From: a virus
Lineage: Duplodnaviria; Caudoviricetes
Strand: one strand, 5' to 3'
Virus record (IMG/VR): IMGVR_UViG_3300025637_000049
Span: 1-27,121 of that record
DNA length: 27,121 nt
Shown here: positions 17,853-25,713 of the stretch, one piece after another
Layout: every line of letters starts with the position of its first letter
Position numbering within the stretch: the first letter of the stretch is position 1
The notes under the pieces: model-generated
The model's database searches: none
Told to the model about the DNA's origin: nothing
Seen by the model: only the letters and a program-made list of their open reading frames with translations
Position numbers and translations under genes: made by a program

Positions 17853-20297
17853 ATGTCAAGAGATGGTAACGGTAACTACACTCCTCCATTAAACCCCGTA
17901 GTAGGTGGCCAACCTATAGAGGCTGACTGGGCTAATGATACAATAAATGACCTAGCTGCGGCACTTACAGACAGTTTATCACGTAGCGGTAATGGTGGTA
18001 TGTTGGCTTCCTTCAGGGCAGTTGATGGCACTGTTAATATCCCCGCCATATCATTTAATAACGAGACTAACAGCGGTATATATAGAGCCGGAACTGGCGA
18101 CTATCGACTTTGTGTTAATGGTAAAGACAAAGCTCGTATTAGGGACGTTAATGGTATGGCTGCGTTCCAAGTGTTCGACCTTGCAGGTACAGGTGCATGG
18201 GAAACACTGGCTACATCGGCTGAAGTTGGTGCCATAACACTGGCTGATGTTCTGGCCGTAGGTAATACTACTGGCGGTACAGATATTGTTGTAGGTGATG
18301 GGGATTTGATCCTTGGTGATGACGACATTAGACTAAGGCCAGCAGCAGCCAAAGAGACAAGATTAGAAACTAGCGCGGGTGTTGTTAGAGTACAAGTTAC
18401 TGATACTCTCGTGCGGCTTTACTACGGAGCTACTTTAAACCAGACAGCATCAAAGCTAGAAACTACAGACACAGGCGTAACCGTAACAGGTACGGTTGAC
18501 TGTGACGGCTTAAGAATGGATGACAGTGAGTACGCAGGTTTTGGTGATTCTGACGACTTACAGATATTCCACAATGGCACTAATAGTTATATTCAAGATG
18601 TAGGCACAGGCATACTAAGCATACAAAGTAATGGCGATTCTATTACAATGGTCGATAGCGTCAACGCTAGAACAATGGCTAAGTTTAGCGTAGGTGGTAC
18701 GGCGTTATTGAGCTGGGCTGGAGGCACAGGCACAGGTACTAAACTAGAAACTACAGCTACAGGCATAGATGTAACAGGTACGGTAGAAGCTGGTGAGTTT
18801 AGCGGCACTGGCACTGTAGCTATAACTGACTTTGTTACCGATGTATCCACAAACGATAACGATACAACTGTACCAACAACTGCTGCCGTTAAGAGTTATG
18901 TAGATACCGCTGGAGGTAACGAAACTTTAGCTGAAACACTTGCTCTGGGTAACACCACTGGTGCTACAAATATAGAAATGACTAATAATGCTAAAATTAC
19001 AAGTAGCAATATTATACCTCTTGAAACGCCCCAATTTACCGTGAAACTTCCCAGCGGCTCTCCATTGCTGACTACAGGTTTAGAATCAGTACGATTGTAC
19101 TGGCAGACTACTGGTTCTGTTGGCGCCAGACTAGATACTACAGAAAACGGCGTGGACATATCGGGCGATATGGTGGCTAATCGCATCAAACTAAACTCTC
19201 CCGCTGGGAGTCCTAGTGTTGTTGTCGGATACCCAATTATAGACCTCTACAATAGGAATTTATCGGGGGGGACTAGTGACCCAGTTATAGGCCTATTGAT
19301 AGGCCCAACCAATTATATTGCCAAAGTGGACGTCCTCACAGGCGGCACTGCCCCTGCAACATTCGCATTCACACAAGCTAAGACGGTCGCTGTGGAACAA
19401 GGTGCTGAAGAAGGTAAGTACGAAATTTGGGTAAAGGAAGCTGGCGTTGATGTTAATGTTTTGCAAGTTGAGGCTACAGGCGTAACCGTAACAGGTACGG
19501 TAGATTTAGATAACCTAACCATTGCTACCGATCAAGGTACTGCTGGTCAGGTACTAAAATCTACTGGCTCAGGCATTGAGTGGGGTAGTGTTGGCGGTGA
19601 AACCTTAGCTCAAACACTTGCTCTGGGTAGCGCCACTGGTGGTACGGATATTGTACTCACAGATGGGGATGTTATCACAGGGACAGCCACCCCTGTTATT
19701 AAACCGCCAGCACCATATGTTGGGTACGGCTCTCCCAGTATAGAGTTACAAACAAGTTCTGGTGCTGCGAGAATTAGCACAACTGAACTTGAGGCTAAGT
19801 TGTGGTATGGGACTACGGGAGCGCAATCTGCTCTAAAACTACAGACTACAAACACAGGCATAGACGTAATAGGTGACTTAGACGTAACAGGCACCATAAC
19901 ATCTAACGCATTCGCTTACTCTAAAGCTACAGTTAATAACGCTGCTGACATCCTCTACACTGCTTTTAATAGTTTTGCTGGCAAGCGTATTATCAATACT
20001 GCAAGTGCTACCAACACGACCTACGGCCTGCCAACTCCAGTTGCGGCAGACATTGGTAAGTCTTGGATTATTTGTAACCCAACAGACTCCGAAATAACTA
20101 TAGACCATGATGCCTCTGGCACAGCTAACTATATTTGGATTATGGATGGTGTAACCCTTGCGGCAGCGGCATCTAGCTGGACTATTAAGAAAGGAGCAAT
20201 AGTAGAGATTGTTGTGGCTGCGGCTGCGGCTGGTGGCGGTAGTTCAACAGCACCTAACTATCTTATCTTTGGTGCAGGTCTTCTGGAGATTGTTTAA
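17853..20297 (+). CDS. Tail fibre protein
   Basis: N-terminal virion anchor MSRDGNGNYTPP ... WANDTINDLAAALTDSLSRSG. T/G-rich repeated beta modules. Confidence 0.88.
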   Translation: MSRDGNGNYTPPLNPVVGGQPIEADWANDTINDLAAALTDSLSRSGNGGMLASFRAVDGTVNIPAISFNNETNSGIYRAGTGDYRLCVNGKDKARIRDVNGMAAFQVFDLAGTGAWETLATSAEVGAITLADVLAVGNTTGGTDIVVGDGDLILGDDDIRLRPAAAKETRLETSAGVVRVQVTDTLVRLYYGATLNQTASKLETTDTGVTVTGTVDCDGLRMDDSEYAGFGDSDDLQIFHNGTNSYIQDVGTGILSIQSNGDSITMVDSVNARTMAKFSVGGTALLSWAGGTGTGTKLETTATGIDVTGTVEAGEFSGTGTVAITDFVTDVSTNDNDTTVPTTAAVKSYVDTAGGNETLAETLALGNTTGATNIEMTNNAKITSSNIIPLETPQFTVKLPSGSPLLTTGLESVRLYWQTTGSVGARLDTTENGVDISGDMVANRIKLNSPAGSPSVVVGYPIIDLYNRNLSGGTSDPVIGLLIGPTNYIAKVDVLTGGTAPATFAFTQAKTVAVEQGAEEGKYEIWVKEAGVDVNVLQVEATGVTVTGTVDLDNLTIATDQGTAGQVLKSTGSGIEWGSVGGETLAQTLALGSATGGTDIVLTDGDVITGTATPVIKPPAPYVGYGSPSIELQTSSGAARISTTELEAKLWYGTTGAQSALKLQTTNTGIDVIGDLDVTGTITSNAFAYSKATVNNAADILYTAFNSFAGKRIINTASATNTTYGLPTPVAADIGKSWIICNPTDSEITIDHDASGTANYIWIMDGVTLAAAASSWTIKKGAIVEIVVAAAAAGGGSSTAPNYLIFGAGLLEIV

Positions 20298-21292
20298 TGA
20301 GTAGTGGAATAGTAGCGGCTTCTCGTGGTGTAGGCTTGGAAGATAGCAGTGCAAGTAATGTGCTGCTTAATTCTAAGTTTAATAATGATAACTATCCTGT
20401 GGGATATACTTATGTAGATAACGAACAGGCTTTGACCTACCAACAAAATTCTGGCGTTGAAACATTCCTTCCTGCTTGGGCTAGTGGGAGCTCTTTGTAC
20501 TTTATAGACCCACAATTCGCTACTATGTGCTCTAACCAGTACCTTTATTCTTGGGGTGATTATGAATTAGCCCCATTTTTAGCGGGTTTTATTCCTAGAA
20601 TTAACAAGATATTTGGTGTGTCTAATTTATTCCCAGGAAATACAATAAGTAATGACAATGCAGACAGAGGGGCTGGCAACTATGGGTTTGTTGCAGGTGG
20701 AAACTCTAGGATTGTAAACCACACAACACTCACCACTATAGATAGCAACACCTCTATGGATAACACCGCTATATGGGTAGATTCAACTAAGTGGTGCCAG
20801 CAGTTAAATGTTCCAGATAGTGCCACTACCGTAAAATTTGGCGCACAGATTAGAATACCTTCTGGGGATAAACTCAGACCATTAAACTGGGCGGGGATAG
20901 CTGTAACTCAGGATACGTTCGGGCCAAATTCGACTCCTTGGAGATTCGTTAATTACTTTGGCATCCGTCACACTAATGCTACATTTTCTTTACCTACAAG
21001 CGGGAGCCTCGGTAATCCAGGATATAACTGGGCAGGCCAAGGTGTAGATGCCCCAGTTAGCAGTCCATTCTATACACCAGAAGTTTTTACGGCTACTGAA
21101 CACGCAATGCTAGACCAAGATGATTACGAAGACTTTACCAAAGTTGAGTACACATTCACGCTTAATAGTGGAACCAATAGAAAGATTATGATGCACATAT
21201 TCTTTGCAGAAAACGCTAAGTATATGTATGACGAAGACACAGAACTAACGGGCGGGTTCCAATACTACGACCCCTTTATAGAATTTAGTTAG
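20297..21292 (+). CDS. Fibre-associated protein (possible distal receptor-binding subunit)
   Basis: TAATG coupling to the fibre gene. Aromatic, N/T/S-rich beta-type composition. Stop overlaps the convergent gene. Confidence 0.6.
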   Translation: MSSGIVAASRGVGLEDSSASNVLLNSKFNNDNYPVGYTYVDNEQALTYQQNSGVETFLPAWASGSSLYFIDPQFATMCSNQYLYSWGDYELAPFLAGFIPRINKIFGVSNLFPGNTISNDNADRGAGNYGFVAGGNSRIVNHTTLTTIDSNTSMDNTAIWVDSTKWCQQLNVPDSATTVKFGAQIRIPSGDKLRPLNWAGIAVTQDTFGPNSTPWRFVNYFGIRHTNATFSLPTSGSLGNPGYNWAGQGVDAPVSSPFYTPEVFTATEHAMLDQDDYEDFTKVEYTFTLNSGTNRKIMMHIFFAENAKYMYDEDTELTGGFQYYDPFIEFS

Positions 21293-22011
21293 AAGTACAG
21301 TAGCCGCCTACCATCATCTAAAGTTAGGCCATGCCCCTGCAAGGTTATTCTATGTTCAGAATCTGACATATCACCCTTGTTGGCTATGCGGTGGGGGAAT
21401 AAGCCATCATGTGTGTACAGAACACCTACCTCATACTGCAAGTGTTCATGTGGTGGGTATATATCCTCTTTAATAACCCTGTGCAGGTCTTCCCCCGTTG
21501 CATTAGGCCAGTAGTCCATACCCGCTCCCACAGCAGGTTGTTCAAGAAGCATGGTAAAGCTGAATGGGTTGGTGAAGCCTTTTGAAGGCCAAGCCACTTT
21601 CGAAAACGGCTCATCTATGTGAGCACTGCCCATAAGACCATTGGTGGTGTGGTCAAATATGTGAAATCCAGGACGGGCAATACCCCATGGTTGTTCATAA
21701 CATGCTTCGTAAAACTCATACAGTTTGTGCAGTAATGGTTCAAAGTTCTTAGTTAGTATGGTGTTTAACCTGTTTGCTCTGGCTGGGTACTCACTCACAC
21801 CATCCTGATAGGTGGCCGCCCCTAGTGTAAAGAAGTGGCCTCTGTCTATCCAAGTAAAGCGCAGCTTCTTGACTAAGTTCGCCAAGTCGCTACACTCTTG
21901 TTCGGTGAGGAATTTAGTTGGTGCTATGAGACAACCCTGAGCACCGCAGGGATGGGGAGAGGCAGTGTCTCTCTGTTTATCATCCATCCAAAGCCATTCT
22001 TTTTTAATCAT
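21289..22011 (-). CDS. 2OG-Fe(II) oxygenase superfamily protein
   Basis: FLTEQEC N-terminal motif, H-x-D (AHIDEP), distal H (FPHRIA), 2OG-binding R (HRITLQGH). Start placed at ATG 22011 (ATGA overlap with the upstream stop). Confidence 0.8.
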   Translation of the reverse strand: MIKKEWLWMDDKQRDTASPHPCGAQGCLIAPTKFLTEQECSDLANLVKKLRFTWIDRGHFFTLGAATYQDGVSEYPARANRLNTILTKNFEPLLHKLYEFYEACYEQPWGIARPGFHIFDHTTNGLMGSAHIDEPFSKVAWPSKGFTNPFSFTMLLEQPAVGAGMDYWPNATGEDLHRVIKEDIYPPHEHLQYEVGVLYTHDGLFPHRIANKGDMSDSEHRITLQGHGLTLDDGRRLLYF

Positions 22012-22391
22012 CCTTGGTTTACATAACCTTTCATTTCTTTCTGGCACTCGTCATCCATCAACTTATTAATAAGTATTGAGGCCTCGTAGTAGTCTGCATC
22101 AGCCACATACAATATGGCTGCTTCAACCTCTACTGGTATGTCTACACCCTCCAGCCAAAAGTTCAGACTTATAGAGTCGTCTGGGTGCAGCGCTCTTATA
22201 CCACACTTATTAGCTTTTTTGACAAAACTTAACGCCTTGTCAAGGTCTTGATACCTGTTTTCTTTTTCACGCAGCAAGTACTTAGTTGCGCAAGCCTGTA
22301 AATAGTTCATGTCTGTATCTACAACCATGTCCCAATGTTGGTACTCAGTACCCTCGTAATGCTCTCCACCCACCTGCTTTACATAACTCAT
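22008..22391 (-). CDS. DUF3310 (T7 gp1.7-like nucleotide kinase) protein
   Basis: QVGGEHY ... YLQACATKYLLR ... QDLDKA signature. Start placed at ATG 22391 (ATGA overlap). Confidence 0.8.
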   Translation of the reverse strand: MSYVKQVGGEHYEGTEYQHWDMVVDTDMNYLQACATKYLLREKENRYQDLDKALSFVKKANKCGIRALHPDDSISLNFWLEGVDIPVEVEAAILYVADADYYEASILINKLMDDECQKEMKGYVNQG

Positions 22392-23374
22392 GCTTTCCAC
22401 TCCTGCCATTTTTCACACGCTATACGCCAATTTTGGTCTGATATTTGCTTAACCCAATGAGAGCCATCGCCACCATCTTTCCTTTCCATATACGCCCAGT
22501 ACATGGGGTATGCCACCACTCTAAACCATTGTGTTTTAAGGACAGAGCGGCTGCTAATCAAACCTGCTTCAAAGCATGTGGCGTCATCTATAAAGTCAGC
22601 CATTTTTTCGTAACCGCTTATCAATGGCACACAAGGGTAAAACCCGTAGTTATCAAAGGTTGGCAGTATGGGGTATCTTATGTTCAGCAACTCCGTGGCA
22701 TTGGGTAGGTCTTGGTAAACGTGGGCATTGTTGGTGAATACAATATAGCTACCTATTGGTATATCTGCTTCGGCGGCTATTAACTCTTGCAACATAGTCA
22801 TATGTACAGCATTGGCACCTGTCATACCCCATATAACATCATTGCTACGGTTACAAACTGTCATATTTAGTTTGCCATCAACAACTCTAAAGTATATGTG
22901 GGTATTGCAGGGTAGGTCGTTGTGGTGGGTGTCTAGGTCACAAGACCCATCCCACATAGACAACACTACCCGCCTCGTGGTTGGGTCTTCTTTAAGCATT
23001 CTGGCAGCAGCTATTAACTGGTCTCGGCCAAAGTGGTTGCGCCATCGGTAGCCATAAGCGCCATGTATCAGAGGCTTTTCAACCATGTTGTTGGTGTCTG
23101 CATACTCCTTAAACCTGCCATTAAATTGTTGTATCCAGTCTGGCTCTTGGCTACCCGACATCATCCATATAAACTCCATAGCATGGAAGTATGGGTTAGC
23201 TTTTCGCACTGGGTCTAGCAGTACTCTGTGCTTTGGGTTTTTTACAGTTATTGTCAGCGGCTCCTGTAGGGTTAGCACATTGCCATTCCTACTTTCTTCA
23301 AGGTCGCCATTTATGTGCATGAGAATCATCATCTCGCTGAACATGGTTGGTACATCTCTTACTACTTTTTCCAT
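22388..23374 (-). CDS. Thymidylate-synthase-fold dUMP hydroxymethylase (probable)
   Basis: SRNG, ANPYFH, GAYGYRWR, DPTTRRVVLSMWD, catalytic PCN, RSNDVIWGMTGAN (Asn at the dUMP-specificity position), NNAHVY. Resembles phage hmdU synthases rather than ThyA. Confidence 0.85.
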   Translation of the reverse strand: MEKVVRDVPTMFSEMMILMHINGDLEESRNGNVLTLQEPLTITVKNPKHRVLLDPVRKANPYFHAMEFIWMMSGSQEPDWIQQFNGRFKEYADTNNMVEKPLIHGAYGYRWRNHFGRDQLIAAARMLKEDPTTRRVVLSMWDGSCDLDTHHNDLPCNTHIYFRVVDGKLNMTVCNRSNDVIWGMTGANAVHMTMLQELIAAEADIPIGSYIVFTNNAHVYQDLPNATELLNIRYPILPTFDNYGFYPCVPLISGYEKMADFIDDATCFEAGLISSRSVLKTQWFRVVAYPMYWAYMERKDGGDGSHWVKQISDQNWRIACEKWQEWKA

Positions 23375-23400
23375 TGGTCTCTCCCCATTGGTGGTTGTTA

Positions 23401-24243
23401 TTAAGTGCCATTATACCTACGTTTGCTTCGACCGCAATTAGTAGATACTCTCATATACTTGTCAAATTCACACAAGCAATTCTGTAAGTCTTGGGCGTGT
23501 ATATCTGGTATGCCCAACCCATGCAGTTGGTCTGTTACTTCTTGAAGCAGCCATGGCATATGGTGCTTAAACTCTGTAGGGGTTACTTTTTCTTTCCCAA
23601 GTACCCAAGCCAAGCCCCTCAAACTTCCAGGACCGTGGGCGCACCAACTACGAAAGTCGTCTGCATAAGTAAGCTCGTGACCCTCTGTGTTTTTAAGGTC
23701 AGCTATTATTTGTGCAGCCATGAAACTGCCAAGCCCCTGTAAGCCCATTAGCGCCACATGAGCTTTTGCCAAGGTGGTTGCACCACTTGTTAGGTCTTTT
23801 TGCTGCCACAGGCTGCGTAGCAAGCCCCCAATGTACTCGTGCTTGGGTACACTACGGCCATTAGTACTAACTATATAAGCAGACCCCCAAGAACCACCTT
23901 TTGACATAACCGCTCGCCATTTTGGTGGGTCAAAGGTAGTCCATGGCCACCCAAGTGATTCTAGTGTTTCTATTTTGTTGACAAACCTAGCCATAACCAT
24001 GTTCTGGACTATGGTTTCTGTGGTAAACCCTGCATGTCTGTTATACCACATCTGGCGAATACCTTTAGTAACCCTGTCAGCCTCCCTATGCACATTACAA
24101 AAGTATGTTTCTTGGAATACTTGGTCAAGGCTCCATGGCTTTTCTACACCACTCTCTTTATTGAGCCTTACTGAGTATCGCTCTTTGATCCAGTAAATTA
24201 GCTTGTCCAAATTTAAAGGCTCGTTTCCATTGTACATTAACAT
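23401..24243 (-). CDS. 5-hmdU DNA kinase-like protein (aGPT-Pplase1 / HMUDK helical family)
   Basis: YWIKER ... PWSLD ... YFCNVHREADRVT, GSFMAAQIIADL, GPGSLRGL, DLQNCLCEFDKY. Start placed at ATG 24243, with GGAG 7 nt upstream. Confidence 0.85.
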   Translation of the reverse strand: MLMYNGNEPLNLDKLIYWIKERYSVRLNKESGVEKPWSLDQVFQETYFCNVHREADRVTKGIRQMWYNRHAGFTTETIVQNMVMARFVNKIETLESLGWPWTTFDPPKWRAVMSKGGSWGSAYIVSTNGRSVPKHEYIGGLLRSLWQQKDLTSGATTLAKAHVALMGLQGLGSFMAAQIIADLKNTEGHELTYADDFRSWCAHGPGSLRGLAWVLGKEKVTPTEFKHHMPWLLQEVTDQLHGLGIPDIHAQDLQNCLCEFDKYMRVSTNCGRSKRRYNGT

Positions 24244-24961
24244 CTGTTCTCTCCCCACCGCCCCATGCGGCCTTAGTTGTTTTCTTGACTACCTTAACAA
24301 ACGGCTCATGAAGCTCGTGTAGCTTATTGGCCGCCTCTGTTTGTATCTCTGGAGTTCTGTAGGTACTACACCCTCCTTTGGTATTACTTCCGCCTTGGTT
24401 ATGAACCCAGTTATTAAGGCTAACGTTGGGGTATCCTAACTTTAACATTTGTAACAGCATGTCAAAGTCTTCCATAACAGGCGTTCTGTCATACCTTACA
24501 TCATTGTGACTTAGTATTCTAGTGTCAAGCCCTGTAACTCTTGTTATTCTTGTATTGTCACTCCAGTATTCTGTCTGCCTATTACCCCCCTCTCTAGCGC
24601 AAACCCCTACAACAGGAATACTGTCTAGTGTAACCTCAATGGTATCAACCATCTCCTCTATATCTTCGGGGGTGCTGGGTTTAAACTTACCTAAATCTTC
24701 TTGGCGGCGAGTGGCAAACACTAGGTCGTCATCTAGTAGCAATACTTTGCCCATGAAGTTATCTATAATCCACTGTCTTGTCGGCCCTACCGTGGTTATC
24801 CACTCTGGCAGCACCACAACAGGGTATTGTGTGCGGCACCAGTACTCATCCCACTCTTTACCTTGTACTACAAACTTGGTTCTTTCTCTTACACTTGGGG
24901 GTAGGTTATCCCAAGTAGTCTGTTTAGCTTTCCTACCATAAGTAGGTATTAGTATTTGCAT
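24158..24961 (-). CDS. GT-A DNA glycosyltransferase (TAGT / JGT-GREB1 / T-even beta-glucosyl-HMC-alpha-glucosyltransferase-like)
   Basis: ILIPTYGR, TRQWI, LLLDDDL (DxD), EDFDMLLQML, GGCSTYR, VQWKRAF. RBS GGAGAG. Confidence 0.85.
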   Translation of the reverse strand: MQILIPTYGRKAKQTTWDNLPPSVRERTKFVVQGKEWDEYWCRTQYPVVVLPEWITTVGPTRQWIIDNFMGKVLLLDDDLVFATRRQEDLGKFKPSTPEDIEEMVDTIEVTLDSIPVVGVCAREGGNRQTEYWSDNTRITRVTGLDTRILSHNDVRYDRTPVMEDFDMLLQMLKLGYPNVSLNNWVHNQGGSNTKGGCSTYRTPEIQTEAANKLHELHEPFVKVVKKTTKAAWGGGERTDVNVQWKRAFKFGQANLLDQRAILSKAQ

Positions 24962-24978
24962 GAGTTTATTCTCTCCAT

Positions 24979-25001
24979 AAAAAAAGCCCCCGAAGGGGCT
25001 T
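24979..25001 (-). terminator. Intrinsic terminator
   Basis: Minus strand reads AAGCCCC-TTCG-GGGGCTT followed by a T run. Confidence 0.88.
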
Positions 25002-25017
25002 AATTTTAAAACACTTA

Positions 25018-25248
25018 CTATGCAACTTCAATAAACTTTCGGCTGACATCGTAAGCAATGTCTTGGTACTTAACACCATTTGTGATCGCTTGGCCAACAG
25101 TGCTGGCATTCAAGTAACCATCAAAACGTACAGCAGATTTAGAACCTGCTTTTTTAGGGTTTTCATTTACAAGTAGCTTGAGGGTGGCGTCCGCAGGGTA
25201 CAAAACACTGAACTTGCTACGGCGACTCTTTTTAGTTTCTTCGGTCAT
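25018..25248 (-). CDS. Small basic putative DNA-binding protein
   Basis: NPKKAGSKSAVRFDGY ... TVGQ ... G ... DIAYDVSRKFIEV pattern, seen in small phage nucleic-acid-binding-like domains. Has its own promoter and terminator. Confidence 0.7.
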   Translation of the reverse strand: MTEETKKSRRSKFSVLYPADATLKLLVNENPKKAGSKSAVRFDGYLNASTVGQAITNGVKYQDIAYDVSRKFIEVA

Positions 25249-25279
25249 TTTACTTCTCTGGTTGGTTAATAGAGTAAGT

Positions 25280-25308
25280 ATTATACTTCCACTCTATCAT
25301 TATGACAA
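25280..25308 (-). promoter_or_regulatory. Near-consensus sigma70 promoter
   Basis: Minus strand TTGTCA (25308-25303), 17-nt spacer, TATAAT (25285-25280). Confidence 0.8.
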
Positions 25309-25533
25309 CACTCTATCCACAAACATAAGCATCACTTTTTCGGTAGGCTCATCCTCTGTACCCATAAGCACCCAATGGTCGGGCATACTTTCTATAAGGT
25401 GCTCCAAATTACCAATGGGTATGAATGGGCTTTCGCCAAGCAAGTCCTTAGCGTCTGCACTTTTAGCGGTCAGTACTGGTGGCATAGTCCCAGCCCACAA
25501 GTGTATGTCTACCATGTTAAAAACCTGTCCCAT
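25300..25533 (-). CDS. Hypothetical protein
   Basis: 77 aa, TAATG-coupled to the upstream small ORF. Confidence 0.65.
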   Translation of the reverse strand: MGQVFNMVDIHLWAGTMPPVLTAKSADAKDLLGESPFIPIGNLEHLIESMPDHWVLMGTEDEPTEKVMLMFVDRVLS

Positions 25534-25712
25534 TATAAAACACCGCCAAATACTTCATCAGTGCCCAGCACCTTGAATGGCTGGCTAAATACATCAAACA
25601 ACTTTTGTTTGTAAATGGCCTCTACATCGTCAGGATGTACAACTATATACTTGTCAACATAGCCAAGGCTAACCCAACGCTCTATGCGCTCTAATATTGG
25701 TGTTTTTTCCAC
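25533..25712 (-). CDS. Hypothetical protein (59 aa)
   Basis: Not in the ORF track. GTG 1 nt after the helicase stop, RBS GGAGAG. MEKTPILERIERWVSLGYVDKYIVVHPDDVEAIYKQKLFDVFSQPFKVLGTDEVFGGVL*. Fills the gap exactly. Confidence 0.7.
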   Translation of the reverse strand: MEKTPILERIERWVSLGYVDKYIVVHPDDVEAIYKQKLFDVFSQPFKVLGTDEVFGGVL

Positions 25713-25713
25713 G

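Noticed and set aside
605-20515. Numerous short minus-strand ORFs within the structural block
   Set aside because: Fully nested opposite well-supported, tightly coupled genes, as expected for shadow ORFs.
17853-21292. Diversity-generating retroelement or invertible fibre cassette
   Set aside because: No reverse transcriptase or invertase is present. The repeats are short direct repeats without adenine-specific mismatches.
21289-22011. Calling the oxygenase a TET/JBP thymine hydroxylase
   Set aside because: Only the generic 2OG-Fe(II) motif is visible. Clade assignment needs a profile or structure search.
22388-23374. Ordinary ThyA or dCMP hydroxymethylase
   Set aside because: Lacks the ThyA-type RSCD..LGLPFN context and sits beside an HMUDK-like gene. 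It has Asn rather than the Asp of dCMP-specific enzymes. Simple methylation is not formally excluded.
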